A stretch of DNA of 63,685 bases, counting the filler, from Octopus bimaculoides (taxonomy: Eukaryota): the NCBI RefSeq assembly GCF_001194135.2. It is 7 parts of 7 records of this genome, joined end to end, with 100 filler letters (N's around TTAATTAATTAA, not from the genome) between each part and the next. Parts side by side here need not be neighbours in the genome. Positions count along the whole stretch, not along the records: positions 1 to 19,981 come from NC_068995.1; 6 more parts are not named here. One strand, given 5' to 3'. Under the pieces are notes generated by a model. The model ran no database searches. It worked only from the letters and a program-made list of their open reading frames with translations, and was not told the DNA's origin. This document shows positions 1 to 13,101 of the stretch, one piece after another (the stretch's first letter is position 1; every line of letters starts with the position of its first letter). Made by a program: the position numbers and the translations under genes.

Positions 1-285
1 TAAACGAAGCAAAACAATAGAAATGCAAGCGCACGAAAAGGTTACGTTTTTGAGAGAGACGATAGAACAAGGCAATGTTAAAGGTTGAGTTTGTAGTTGG
101 ATAATAAAGCAAGAATAACAACAAAATAAAGTTGTAAATTAAATTGATTTGATAGGAGTAAATTCTGTTGTGTTTTGGGGGCTGGTTTTTCGTTAATCCT
201 TTAATTAGAAGAGAACGCAGTACTCATGATTCGTTACCAGGCATTGCAGACTGACAGAAAATAGATAACAAAGTAACCACGAACC

Positions 286-430
286 CAATAGTTCTCAACT
301 GGGGTTCATATGACCGTTGGGGGCCCATGTAAGATTTTATTGTTAAAAATTCATGTGCAATAAATTTGGTTTTACTTCTAAATTATACAAAATATCAATT
401 TTTGTTATACAATCCTAATAATGTTTAATT
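286..430 (+). mobile_element. Possible hAT/Charlie-type non-autonomous DNA transposon end (remnant)
   Basis: Starts CAATAGTTCTCAACTGGGG, resembling the CAGTGGTTCTCAAC terminal inverted repeat of hAT-Charlie elements; matching right end not found. Confidence 0.3.
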
Positions 431-649
431 ATAAATATATAATAGGATAAATTCAAATTACAATAAACGTAAACAAACAAATGAAGTTTGCTTTTAGAAC
501 TGTTGAGATGTCTTAGAAAGTTAAAGAAGTGATTTTTAAATTCTCAAACGCAGTATAATGCTAATAATATCCTGTGTTACACAGAAACACGTGTAAAATG
601 CATATCTTCACAATTTACTGTTACAATAATTCATTGATATGGAGAGATG

Positions 650-965
650 AAGGTGCGTAGCTTAGTGCTTAGGGTATACGACTAACGATCGTCAGGTTGG
701 CAGTTCGATTTCTGGCGGTGCATCGTGTCCTTCAGCGTTACTTTATCTTTCAAGTTGATCCACTCAAGAGGCAAAAATATCTAGTACATCTATTTCAAAA
801 GTGCCAGGCTTGTCAGATTCTGTGTCACGCTGAATCTCCCTGAGAACTACGTTAAAGCTACGCGTGTCTGTTAAGAGCTGAGCCGCTTGCGTGCTAATTT
901 AACGAGCAGATTGTTCCGTTGATCAGATCAACTGGAACCCATGTTGTAGTAACTGACAGAGTAGA
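650..965 (+). mobile_element. tRNA-derived SINE, family C (diverged copy)
   Basis: A/B-box-like head (GTAGCTTAGTGCTTAGG...CAGTTCGATT); body TGTGTCACGCTGAATCTCCCTGAGAACTACGTTAA is shared with the copies at 43119 and 44515. Confidence 0.75.
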
Positions 966-1680
966 TAAGATTTTTTCAGATAGATTTTTTTCTTTAATGA
1001 CACTTCTTCAAACAAAAGAAAACAAAATATGCCCCTCCCCCCAATGAGGGCAACAATGATATTCAATGGTTACTGCCAGCTGCTTATTTTCCATAAACGA
1101 TAGTTGATCATCTCTGTGTCTGCAGACATTCTGGTCAGAGCAGCAGATGTAGTAATAACTAGATTAATAAGAGAAAAAGCTACTGGTGGTCTATTCGCCA
1201 AAAATGAATTGCATAGAAAAGATCTTATAAATGGTAAATGTTCTGGTATTTGATTCCGTGTGGAGAAAGAAAGGATCTGTGCTGGAGGTTACTTGCCCTT
1301 GGTCTCAGGTTCAAAAACAAAGAGAACTTGTTAAAATATACGTCGTGTGTGAAACGTATTAAAATGGCAACAGGAATTACATTACATTATATATATAATG
1401 ATATGTAATTGTAAGTTCCAGGGATCTAGTTGTAGGTTACCAAGCTTCGAGTAGTCAGTGGTAGGTATTAAAAACAACTTCTAGGAATTATAATAGGTCA
1501 TTGGCGTAAAAGATTTTAGGTTTTTCTCATAACTAATTTCGAAAAAAAAAATTGTATTGTTCACGGTTAGCAACTAGGGTTGCTATGACTGCGTATAAAA
1601 ATCCAAATTGAGGGAGTGGAATAGGTAAAATCTAGGTTAAACATGTTTTCTAGCTAGCAGAAGCTCGAAAGTAATACTCA

Positions 1681-1875
1681 TTTAAACTGCGGCCATGCTG
1701 GAGCACCACCTTTAGTCGACAGGCTTCTTTTCAGTTTCTCTCTACCATATTCCACTCACAAGTCTTTGGTCGGCTCGAGGTAGAAGACACTTGCGCAAGG
1801 TGCCACGCAATGGGACTGAACCCAGAACCATGTGGTTGGTAAGCAAGCTACTTTCCACACAGCCACTCCTGCGCC
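1681..1875 (-). mobile_element. tRNA-derived SINE, family A, internally deleted
   Basis: Reverse complement of head GGCGCAGGAGTGGCTGTGTGG...CTTGCTTACCAACCACATGG (same as 63643-63685) joined to the tail GGTGCTCCAGCATGGCCGCAG. Confidence 0.85.
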
Positions 1876-1884
1876 TAACTAAAT

Positions 1885-1945
1885 CGCTGCGGGCAGGATT
1901 CGAACCTGCGCAGGTATAACCCATTGGATTTCAAGTCCAACACCT
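1885..1945 (-). pseudogene. 5'-truncated tRNA-Ser(UGA) fragment
   Basis: Minus strand AGGTGTTGGACTTGAAATCCAATGGGTTATACCTGCGCAGGTTCGAATCCTGCCCGCAGCG: anticodon stem TTGGA/TCCAA with CT-TGA-AA loop, long variable arm, GGTTCGAATCC T-loop, 3' acceptor strand CGCAGCG. The 5' acceptor strand and D-arm are missing. Confidence 0.85.
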
Positions 1946-2180
1946 GACGACTATATATATATATATATNNNNNNNNNNNNNNNNNNNNNNNNNNNNNNNN
2001 NNNNNNNNNNNNNNNNNNNNNNNNNNNNNNNNNNNNNNNNNNNNNNNNNNNNNNNNNNNNNNNNNNNNNNNNNNNNNNNNNNNNNNNNNNNNNNNNNNNN
2101 NNNNNNNNNNNNNNNNNNNNNNNNNNNNNNNNNNNNNNNNNNNNNNNNNNNNNNNNNNNNNNNNNNNNNNNNNNNNNNNN

Positions 2181-2329
2181 CGAGTACCATTCACTTTTGT
2201 TAGATTAGTGGACTGAAGCAACGTGAAATAAAGCGTCTTGCTCAAAAGACACAACGCGCTCACCGGGAATCGAACTTGTGACTTTACGATAATGAGCCGA
2301 TTACACATCTACTAAGCCACGCGTCTTCA
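2181..2329 (-). mobile_element. tRNA-derived SINE head, family B (partial, cut by gap)
   Basis: Shares GTGAAATAAAGCGTCTTGCTCAAAAGACACAACGC...GGGAATCGAAC with the fuller copy at 16071-16399. Confidence 0.7.
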
Positions 2330-2349
2330 TATATATGTGTGCATGTATG

Positions 2350-2386
<37 letters not shown>

Positions 2387-2780
2387 TCACACACATGGAC
2401 ACACACAAATACATCTGTGTGTGTGTAATTCTTCCGGCTTGGTCTTTTGTAAACCCCAAATGTGTCTATTGTTAGCTTAGTCGGTAATATTTCTGATTAT
2501 GAGAGATAAACATTGCTTTATATTAATTCATTTGTTAATATTAATGATATATCTTAATTATGTAATTATTGAATTAATGACGTTTATTCCTAATGAAACA
2601 GCCGTTGAAAGTAATTAAATTACGAAGCATCTAAACAGATTAACGCTCTGGTGCTTTTATTGTAATCAAACACACACGCACATACACGCGCGCGTGCAAG
2701 AAAATGCAAACATATATATTCATATATATGGGAGTATGTGTCTCTGTGTATGTGTTTATGTGTTTGCTTGTGTGTGTGCT

Positions 2781-2847
<67 letters not shown>

Positions 2848-3307
2848 TATATATTTACTGTATATTTATATACATATATATATAGACATATATTGATATG
2901 TACATATATACATATGTATATTTAAAGAGTGAGAGGGGGAGAGATAGAGGAAACAATTGAGAGAATTATATTAAAAATACTTCGATGACTATTTCTGTAT
3001 ATATATATATATATATATATCGATCACTAATATTATCGTCATTTTATGTACAATTGAGGATAATTTTAACGACCTCGCAACACCACCAAAACGAAACCAG
3101 AACAAAACAGAAGATTCCCAAAGAGAAATCTATAAATCTCCCCCCACCACCAATCAAAAAAGAAAAACGCGGAAAAGAAAAAGATAGAAATTGAAGATCA
3201 TTATATATAACCCCCACCAGACATACAACAAAAAATATAAGAAAGGAAGAAAGAAAACTAAAACAAAAATATCTGACAAAGGAATATCTTGTGAGAGTGA
3301 TCCCCAC

Positions 3308-3446
3308 TTAGACGATAAGTATTGAGCTATGTCAAAAATCAAGTCGCGTTTTTCCAGATCACGTGATTGCAATTTTTTGAAAGATGCACAAAAGGCTGCT
3401 ATAAAGGGCAAGTCTGGCAGCGTATAATAATCGTTGCCGATTATTT
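3308..3446 (-). CDS. Candidate internal coding exon of an unidentified gene (EIIGNDYYTLPDLPFIAAFCASFKKLQSRDLEKRDLIFDIAQYLSSK)
   Basis: Pyrimidine-rich acceptor (ttcttattcttcag), 139-nt open frame (phase 1 to 2), weak GTGGGG donor, non-repetitive protein-like sequence. No homology recognised. Confidence 0.3.
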
Positions 3447-3734
3447 CTGAAGAATAAGAATGCTAAACGTTGCTCTGTTGTTGTCAGCTGCAGCATAATG
3501 TAGAGAGAGAGAGAGAGAGAGAGAAGTTAAATAAAAGATCAGGTACGCAATGAATAAAAATAAAACAAAAAAAATCATAAAGCAAAATAAATAATTAAAT
3601 GAAATAAATTATATAAAAAAAGAAAGAGAAATGAAAAAAAAATAAAATGTCTTTATTGTGTGATTGTTGTTTTATTTTGTGGTACATTTTTGTTGTTGTT
3701 GGTTACTTTTTTTGCCTTTCTTAATTCTCACCAA

Positions 3735-3966
3735 ATTGATCAAGATCATCATCATCATCATCATCATCTTCATCAACATCTTCATCATTACCGTCAGCAT
3801 TGTGATCGTCATCACAATCATCATCATCATCATCATTACTATCAGCAAACGTCGACGTGGTCGTCATCGTCATCACCATCATCAGCATCGTTATCAAAAT
3901 GGTAGCCATCATTAGCATCACCGTTGTCGTCGTTGTCGTAGTTGTCATCGTCGTCCTCTTCTTCTT

Positions 3967-4039
<73 letters not shown>

Positions 4040-4048
4040 GTCACTATC

Positions 4049-4093
<45 letters not shown>

Positions 4094-4340
4094 GGCTTCG
4101 TCCTCCTCATAATCATCATCATCACCACTACCACCACCATCATCATTATCATCACCTTTTGCTTTTTATTGTTGTTATTCCACATTCTTCTTTTTCATTT
4201 TCTTCTATTTATTTTCCTCTTTTTCATCATCATCATCAAAATCCTATGCATCTTCTTTTACTCCCTCCTCATCTTCCTTTTTGTCTTCTTCTTTTCCTCA
4301 TCCTCCTCGTCCTCCTCGTCCACTTCCACCACCTACTCCT
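3735..4340. repeat. Compound trinucleotide microsatellite (ATC/GTC/CTT/ATT/CCT blocks)
   Basis: Directly visible; source of the poly-H/I/N/D/M ORFs in the track. Confidence 0.95.
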
Positions 4341-4464
4341 CCTCCCTCTCCTGTTATCTTCACCTCACACCTCCACACACACTCACACACACCGTCTCTA
4401 AATCACCCAAATAGAACACAATAGGATGAAATAAAATTAGAATGAGACATCAACATCAACAACA

Positions 4465-4740
4465 ATATCCTCTCTCACTCTCTGTCTTTCTCTGTCTCTC
4501 TGTCTCTCTATCTCTCAGTCTCTCTGTCTCTCTCTCTCCCTCACCTTCTCTCTCCCTCTCTGTCTCTCTGTCTCCTTCTGTCTCTCTCACTCTCTGTCTC
4601 TGTCTGTCTGTCTCTGTCTGTCCGTCTCTGTCTGTCTGTCTGTCTGTCTGTCTGTTTCTGTCTGTCTGTCTGTCTGTTTGTATGTCTATCCCCCCTCTCT
4701 CTCTCTCGCTGTCTGTCTGTCTCTCCCTGTCTCAGTCTCT
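4465..4740. repeat. (TC)n/(TCTG)n microsatellite
   Basis: Directly visible. Confidence 0.95.
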
Positions 4741-4855
4741 GTTGTTGTTGATTTTAAGTCAGCGAGCTAGCAAAATCTTTGGCGGTCGATATATTAAGTA
4801 CCAGTTACACACTGGAATCGATGAAAATAGCTGCCCTTGTGGCAATATTTGAAGC

Positions 4856-4927
<72 letters not shown>

Positions 4928-4964
4928 CACCATCATCATCATCATCATTATTATTATTATTATT

Positions 4965-5004
<40 letters not shown>

Positions 5005-5035
5005 GCATCATTATTATTATTATTATTATTATCAT

Positions 5036-5247
5036 GGCGTTGAGCTGGCTGAATCGTTAGCACGCTTGTCGAAACGCTTGGGGCATTTTGCCCGTTGCTA
5101 GGTTCAAATTCAGCGGAGGTCGCTTTGGCCTTTCAACCTTTCGGGGTCGATAAATTACGTACCAGTGAAATATTGGAGTCGATCCAATTGATTAGTCGAC
5201 CGCCCTTAAAATTTCAAGCCTTGGGGCTATAGTAGAAAGGATTATTA
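5036..5247 (+). mobile_element. tRNA-derived SINE, family D
   Basis: GAGCTGGCTGAATCGTTAGCACG...GGTTCAAATTC...CCTTTCGGGGTCGATAAATT...GTAGAAAGGATT; follows the (ATT)n/(ATC)n array at 4858-5032. Confidence 0.85.
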
Positions 5248-6240
5248 TTATCTTCCCTTTTTTTAGCATCGTCCTCCAATTCTGTTTCCATTTCATGCCG
5301 AGTGTCTTCCTGAGACTCAGGACAGAGAAACGTACCCTATACATTGGAAGACCATTGAAACAAACACACATTTTGGCGAAACTTAGCAACTCTCATTAAC
5401 ATATCGAGAAACCCTAATTTCCTGAAGCTTTTGTCCGTGTGTATGTGTGTGTGTGCTTGTGTGCGTCGGTGTGTGTATGTGTGTGAGTGTGTGAGTGTGT
5501 GTTTGTGTGTTTGTGTGTACGGACGTGTGCGTATATACGTGGGTGTACGTGATTGCGTTGCGTTGCGTTATTGTGGGGGAATATATTGTGAGCTGTAAAA
5601 CCATTTCCGTTTTTCTTTCATTGAAATCTTATTGACGCAGAAAATATTGGCTGGGCGCCATTTTACTGGCCTTTTTCAGCGTTGCATTTAGTTGTCACCA
5701 ACTGTAATTCAATGCTAAATGTCTGTCATAACCTGGTGATTTAATTCTCTTAGTGACTTCACTGGATGTCCTAATTACGGCTTACTAACGTAATGACACC
5801 TTTACAAATGCCTGCTTCACATAAATAGAGTATAAATACACCCTCTAACCCATATTGTCATTGATTTGATACGAGAGTAAGTGAAATATATTTGTGAGTT
5901 AATTCTACCCGAATGAAATTAATTTTGATTTAACTCTACCCTTCCTGAAAAGAATTCGCTGTGATTGTTCGCTTTCTGTATTTTTTTAATATTATATTTG
6001 TTATAGTCTTTATTTTCGACGTTTTGTCATATCTTTATTAAGAGAAAGGTGGAGAAAAAAACAATATACGAATATAAAGAAGAGAAAAGCAAATTAAATT
6101 TATTCAATAAGCAATACGAAACTTCATACTTTACAATGATTATGTCATTTCGATTGTCTCTTTATGTCTTCTCGTCTGATACAGACTACGAATGTAGAGT
6201 TACAATTTTTTATTACTGTATGACGTTTAAAAATACAACA

Positions 6241-6278
<38 letters not shown>

Positions 6279-6726
6279 TACACCCATGCTCACACACATG
6301 CAAGCATACACACACAATCACACACACTCGAAGAAATATACATGCGTTTACAACCACAGAGACTGTAACATAGTCACATACAAGATCATCTGTAAAGTAT
6401 TCAGAGATTAAAATACAAACATAGTCACTCTCTCTCTCCTTCTTTCTCTCTCTCCTTCTTTCTCTCTCTCCTTCTTTCTCTCTCTCCTTCTTTCTTTATC
6501 TCTCTCCATGTCTATCTCATTATATATTTATGACTTATAACAGCATGTACGTAATAATATGCAATAATGTGCGTAAATATAAGTGCGTGTGTGTGTGTGT
6601 GTGTGTATACACAAAGAATAACAATCTTAATTATATATGAACAAAGTTATAGTTTAACATACATGTGCGTAGTGTTGCTGTTAATGTGGCCTCCATCACA
6701 TTCAAGCACAGACACTTTCTTCATTA

Positions 6727-6801
<75 letters not shown>

Positions 6802-7641
6802 AACAGGTAAACAGAGAGAAATTGAAATAAAGAGTTGACCCCATAAACTGGACTCTTCCTTAATTTTTCGACCTCCAATGAAAAGGTGAAATGCAAAGTT
6901 ATTTGCAGTATTTGAACGCAGAGCACCGAGATCTGGGCTTCGTGGGGTTCAGTTGAAAAGGTAATTAAGTTGTAGGTTGATGGAGAGCCGATGTGGAGAT
7001 ATTTTTATTTATTAACTTGTGAGTTATATCATTGTAGGGAATATATTCTTTCGTGTAAAACTTTGGAAACAGGCGTGTATATTTAGGTGCATCAGTTTCA
7101 GGTCATGGGATAGGTTTTATTGGTTCACAAAATTTAGTTAGGTAGAGGAGGTTTTCTGGTCAGTGCATATGTCATTATAATATTTTTTCTGGATTTACTC
7201 CTTAGTTTTGGCAATATAATGTTCAAAGTTTGGTCCTGCAGTTCAACTTTGTAATTGTTTTTTTTTTTTTCAGGTTTATTATGATTTTTTTCCGGTTCAC
7301 AAAAAATTTAAGTGAATGGTATGTGTTAGCTGGGCAGTAAGTTTCTTTACCCATTTCATTTTTTCATTTTATCTAGTTTCAGCTCATGAGCTGTGGCCAT
7401 GCTGGGGCACAGACTATTTCTTGCTTGTATTTGGTAGCACAAAGTTATTAGTCTAGCATGTCATGGTGTTTAGAAAATTGTTTATTTTTGTACTTTGATA
7501 AACACAAGAGGATGCGCTAAGATGTAAAGGTTGTTGGTGAAGAGAAATTTCATCTCAAGAGAGACTATATAGAGCCAAGATTAACTTAGAGTGTCGCAGT
7601 CCGATGAAGTCACTGTTAGTATTATTATTGCTAAAGAATAA

Positions 7642-7732
<91 letters not shown>

Positions 7733-7743
7733 ATATATCTATA

Positions 7744-7778
<35 letters not shown>

Positions 7779-8645
7779 GTGTGTGAGTTAAGTAATATAG
7801 GCATGTGTGGGTGAAGGTAGATATTCGTGTACTTATGCGTGGGTTCTTCTCTTACGGGAAAGGTTATTTTTAGTATTTGAAAATTATGGCATTGCCAAAT
7901 TTATATGCGTTTTATTATACTTTATACAGTATAATTCACAAAATATATTATATCATATATATGTGTGTGTGTATGTCTGTCTCTTTGCTTGTCTGTATGC
8001 ATTCATATAAAGATACATACATACATACACACATATATATATATATGTAAGCATGTACACACACTTCTACGCACGCAAATACGTATATACATATTTATGC
8101 ATGCATACATAGAATTGAGTGAGATTTCACATACTCTTTCCTAATTCTGTTTTGACGTGATAATGATATTGTCTAGATTTAAAACTTTTACTGTTAAAAA
8201 AGATGTCTGCAATAATAATATAGTTAGCATTTCAATGTCATAGTTAAGAGGATTTCAGTAAAACAAATTTGCAAAAAATGAAAAAAAACAAAAAAAAACA
8301 TTCCAATACTAGAAAAAATATCAAACTGCATTAAAGCAGAAACAACAGACTTCTCATTCCACAATGCCATGTACAAATACTCTAAAGTAGAGTCGATTCT
8401 AATACTCCATTTGTCCATTAATATACCAAAGCCATACTTAGTTTTAAAGACACTGTTAAGTTGGCATTTTCTCAGAGAAATTAAACATATTTATAGTTCT
8501 CCAGGGCGTCATTCGCCATCTGAAGTTAAAATCAAAATGTCTGACCGACTGCTAAAATAATACGGATTCGCTAAATAGAGGTTACGACAGAATACCTACC
8601 ACGGTATTTTCTGCTGCATTACGGCTAATATTTTACCCTTCTCTA

Positions 8646-8850
8646 AGGCGACGAGGTGGTAAAATCGTTTAGTGTAAGAGATATAATGCTTCTCGGCATT
8701 TCGTTCGTTTCAACGTTCTGAGTTCAAATTCCGGGTTGGTCGCATTGATTTTCATTCTTTCGGGATCGATAAAATAAGTACCAGTTGAGTACTTGGGTCA
8801 AGGCAATCGACTTACACCCTCCCTGAAATTGCTGGCCTGAATTAATCTGC
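8646..8850 (+). mobile_element. tRNA-derived SINE, family D
   Basis: GGCGACGAGGTGGTAAAATCG...GTTCTGAGTTCAAATTCC...GATAAAATAAGTACCAGTTGAG. Confidence 0.8.
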
Positions 8851-9522
8851 TCTAAAATTAGCATGTAAGGGGTTGAATATTCACCAGGCAAGTGAATACT
8901 TCACGCAATTCTAAGGTCCAGTCGGTATGATTTGTGACAAAGCTATATACAATTTCAATGGGAACATAAAGTACGTCGGACACGTAATCTTTTTATTACT
9001 TCGTGTCAGCCTGGTCTTAATCACGGGGTAAGAATAAACCGGAGGTTATTGATAAAGTAATATATGCCAGATAGGAGTGACAGTGGGTTCGAAACGGCAC
9101 CAAGTGGTTTCGAACCGATCTGCAATACCACGTGCGCGCGCGTATTGCATGTATGTATATATATATATATATATATATNNNNNNNNNNNNNNNNNNNNNN
9201 NNNNNNNNNNNNNNNNNNNNNNNNNNNNNNNNNNNNNNNNNNNNNNNNNNNNNNNNNNNNNNNNNNNNNNNNNNNNNNNNNNNNNNNNNNNNNNNNNNNN
9301 NNNNNNNNNNNNNNNNNNNNNNNNNNNNNNNNNNNNNNNNNNNNNNNNNNNNNNNNNNNNNNNNNNNNNNNNNNNNNNNNNNNNNNNNNNNNNNNNNNNN
9401 NNNNNNNNNNNNNNNNNNNNNNNNNNNNNNNNNNNNNNNNNNNNNNNNNNNNNNNNNNNNNNNNNNNNNNNNNNNNNNNNNNNNNNNNAATGCATACATA
9501 CATATATACATACATATATACA

Positions 9523-9556
<34 letters not shown>

Positions 9557-9693
9557 CATACATACATACATACATATGAGATATATATGTGTATACTTTG
9601 TGCATGCTTGTCTCCCTGTTCCTCCCAGTTTTCTTCTCTAAAATTGCTCGTTTCTTTTTGCACCATCAACATTATCATCAACATCGTCATCAT

Positions 9694-9743
<50 letters not shown>

Positions 9744-10232
9744 CCGTCATCATCATCATCATCACCATCATTATCATCATTGCCATCATCAAGCTCCTAT
9801 TTCTAAATATTTCCAACTACCATTTGCATTCATTATCGCATTTCTTAGGAACTAAAATGGATATAAATATATCGATAAATTTTCACATTCTCTTGGACAC
9901 AAGAATCCTATGTAATTTTATATACAGCAATATTCAACAAATATACACACCCCAACCGCTACCGGTCCCCAACACACAACATATATTTTATTTGCAGATT
10001 CGTACGTATATACAAACTCACATTTACAGGCACAAATGTATAAATGTGTATAAAAGAACACACACATATATACATACATAAATATACATATACATAACTG
10101 TGTGCATACATATACATACATAGATATAGATATATATATATTTTGTATACATACATAGGTGTATACATACTTATTTGTGCTTGCGCTTATATATCAGTAC
10201 GGTATATTTGTTTATAATGTGTGTCCATATGC

Positions 10233-10264
<32 letters not shown>

Positions 10265-10489
10265 AGATAGATAGATAGATAGATAGATATGTGTATGTAT
10301 ATATATATATGTATATGTATATATATGTATGTATGTATATATGTATATATAAATACACATACACATATTTCTGCATACATACATGCATACATGCACGCAT
10401 ATTATACACGTATACATATTTACACACATATATATATGCATATGCACAAACATCTATTTATATATATACATACGTGCATGTGTGTAGAC

Positions 10490-10550
<61 letters not shown>

Positions 10551-11085
10551 CATATACATACACACACACACCCATATATATATATGCATACGCATCTCCC
10601 TTCATCTCCAAGAAGAAAGGGTAAGTGATAATATGTGTACGAGTGTGTATGCATTTTGTTAGAGTGTCTGTGAGTATGAAAGTGTCCAATGTCTTTGTAC
10701 ACAACATTGTTTTTATGTTGCCATGCGTGCATTTAATTGCACCGAAAGTGTAATTACATATTCCTGTAATCTCTGTATCAAGAAAAAAAGATAATAAATA
10801 ATACCCATATATGTATAAACCTATAATCTTCTATTCAAATGATATTGTCCATTTGCTTATATTCTCATTGCATTGATGGCATACAAACCACACGTATATA
10901 CGCATGCGCCAATAATGAATTTGCCGTTTCGTATTTGTTTATATGTTTTCGTACAACTTATATACACATACGCATACATAAACGTATACGCATATTTAAA
11001 ACAAAAAGCAAAAAATCTTTTTCTATTCCGAAAGTTTCTGGAAGTTTCTTAATAACTCTGCCAGATAGCGCGTGAAAATACTCGT

Positions 11086-11158
<73 letters not shown>

Positions 11159-11168
11159 NNNNNNNNNN

Positions 11169-11221
<53 letters not shown>

Positions 11222-12975
11222 GTACCCATGTTTATATATACAGATGTATATATTTATGTATTTGTCTAGTAATCTATCTATCTATGTGTATACATGTGTG
11301 TGCATGTATGTATGTGTGTGTGTATGTGTGTAGACGTATATATTATAATTTCGTCATAAATTTTTCATGTGTATATGCAAAATTATATATATATCTATAT
11401 AGATATGCGTGCAATGATTGTATGTGTGTGTATATATAATTAAATATACGTGTACGTGAGCGTGTGCGTAAGTATACGTGGGGGAAGGTCTGTGTGCGTC
11501 TGTGTGTTTGTGTATGGAGTGGGGTTGGCTATTACAATTTTACACTTGCTGTGTTTTCTACACCATCACACTGCGGTCTGTCAACAACGATCTAACATTA
11601 AAACTTCTTGCAACGCTAATTCCTATGTCTTATGTTCTCTCTGGAAGAATAATGTGGAAATTAGAAAGAAGGATACTGGCGATAGCTTTTGTCAAGCTTA
11701 GAATGGTGAACAACTCAAATGAATTGATGAAGATTCACAGCCCAATAAACGTTTTCAAGATTTATTAAGAGAACTTCATTTGAAATCAGAAAGATAGAAA
11801 TTATTATTATTTTTTTTTTTTTTCATTTTCTGCATTTATATTTGCTTTTATTTTGTTATATATCTGATGAGAATAAATTAGATAAATTACACGAAAAAAA
11901 AAAACGAATTTGATGAAAATAAAATGAAGAAACGCATAATAAAAAATAATTGTAGAAAAATATATACAAATATATACAAATATAAAAGTATCATTAATAT
12001 CTATTATGTTACTTATTTTTACTGGTGATTATATTGAATACAAAAATATATAAAGATCTGTACAGTAAATATAAATATATTTATTTCAGTTATATTTTAT
12101 TATTTATTTTTTGTTTATATTTTGTACGTATTTACTGGTTTCTCCTTGTGGTTCTGTGGATGCAAATTTTTTATGAACTAACTCTGCCAAGATATGTCTG
12201 AGAGTATACATACTATACATATATGTCCTAACACNNNNNNNNNNNNNNNNNNNNNNNNNNNNNNNNNNNNNNNNNNNNNNNNNNNNNNNNNNNNNNNNNN
12301 NNNNNNNNNNNNNNNNNNNNNNNNNNNNNNNNNNNNNNNNNNNNNNNNNNNNNNNNNNNNNNNNNNNNNNNNNNNNNNNNNNNNNNNNNNNNNNNNNNNN
12401 NNNNNNNNNNNNNNNNNNNNNNNNNNNNNNNNNNNNNNNNNNNNNNNNNNNNNNNNNNNNNNNNNNNNNNNNNNNNNNNNNNNNNNNNNNNNNNNNNNNN
12501 NNNNNNNNNNNNNNNNNNNNNNNNNNNNNNNNNNNNNNNNNNNNNNNNNNNNNNNNNNNNNNNNNNNNNNNNNNNNNNNNNNNNNNNNNNNNNNNNNNNN
12601 NNNNNNNNNNNNNNNNNNNNATATATATATATACATATTTCTATCTCTATACATATATATATATACACACATATATATATATACGCACGAATACATACAT
12701 ACAAATATACGTATACATATGTGTGTATAAATGTATGTATTAATACATGTATGTTCTATTCCTGTTTCCGTGACTGGTACATTCACTGCAGCCTTTTATC
12801 TATTGGATTTCACTTAAATTTCACCTTAGAATTTTAAATTTCAGTTTGGAGTGTTCTTATTTCAAATCCTACCTCGTAACTATGCGTTTGCTGATGAAGA
12901 CAAAAAAAACTTAGGTTATTTCTTAATAAAAAACACAATATCTATAAAAATAATCATACTATTTCACATTTCTTT

Positions 12976-13101
12976 CTACTAAAAGCCTTCTCGATTACCT
13001 CCTTCGTAACCTCGAAAAAACATTGTGACCATTGGTCCAGCCGTTTGATAGTGAAGAGGGAACAAACAGACGGACGGACATAATGCCCATTATAGTAAGA
13101 T
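12976..13101 (+). mobile_element. Possible non-autonomous Helitron/DINE-like 3' end
   Basis: CATTGGTCCAGCCGTTTG...GAACAAACAGACGGACGGAC...TATAGTAAGAT resembles the conserved subterminal block, short tetranucleotide run and TAGAT-like end of invertebrate DINE/Helitron elements (from recall). Confidence 0.45.
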
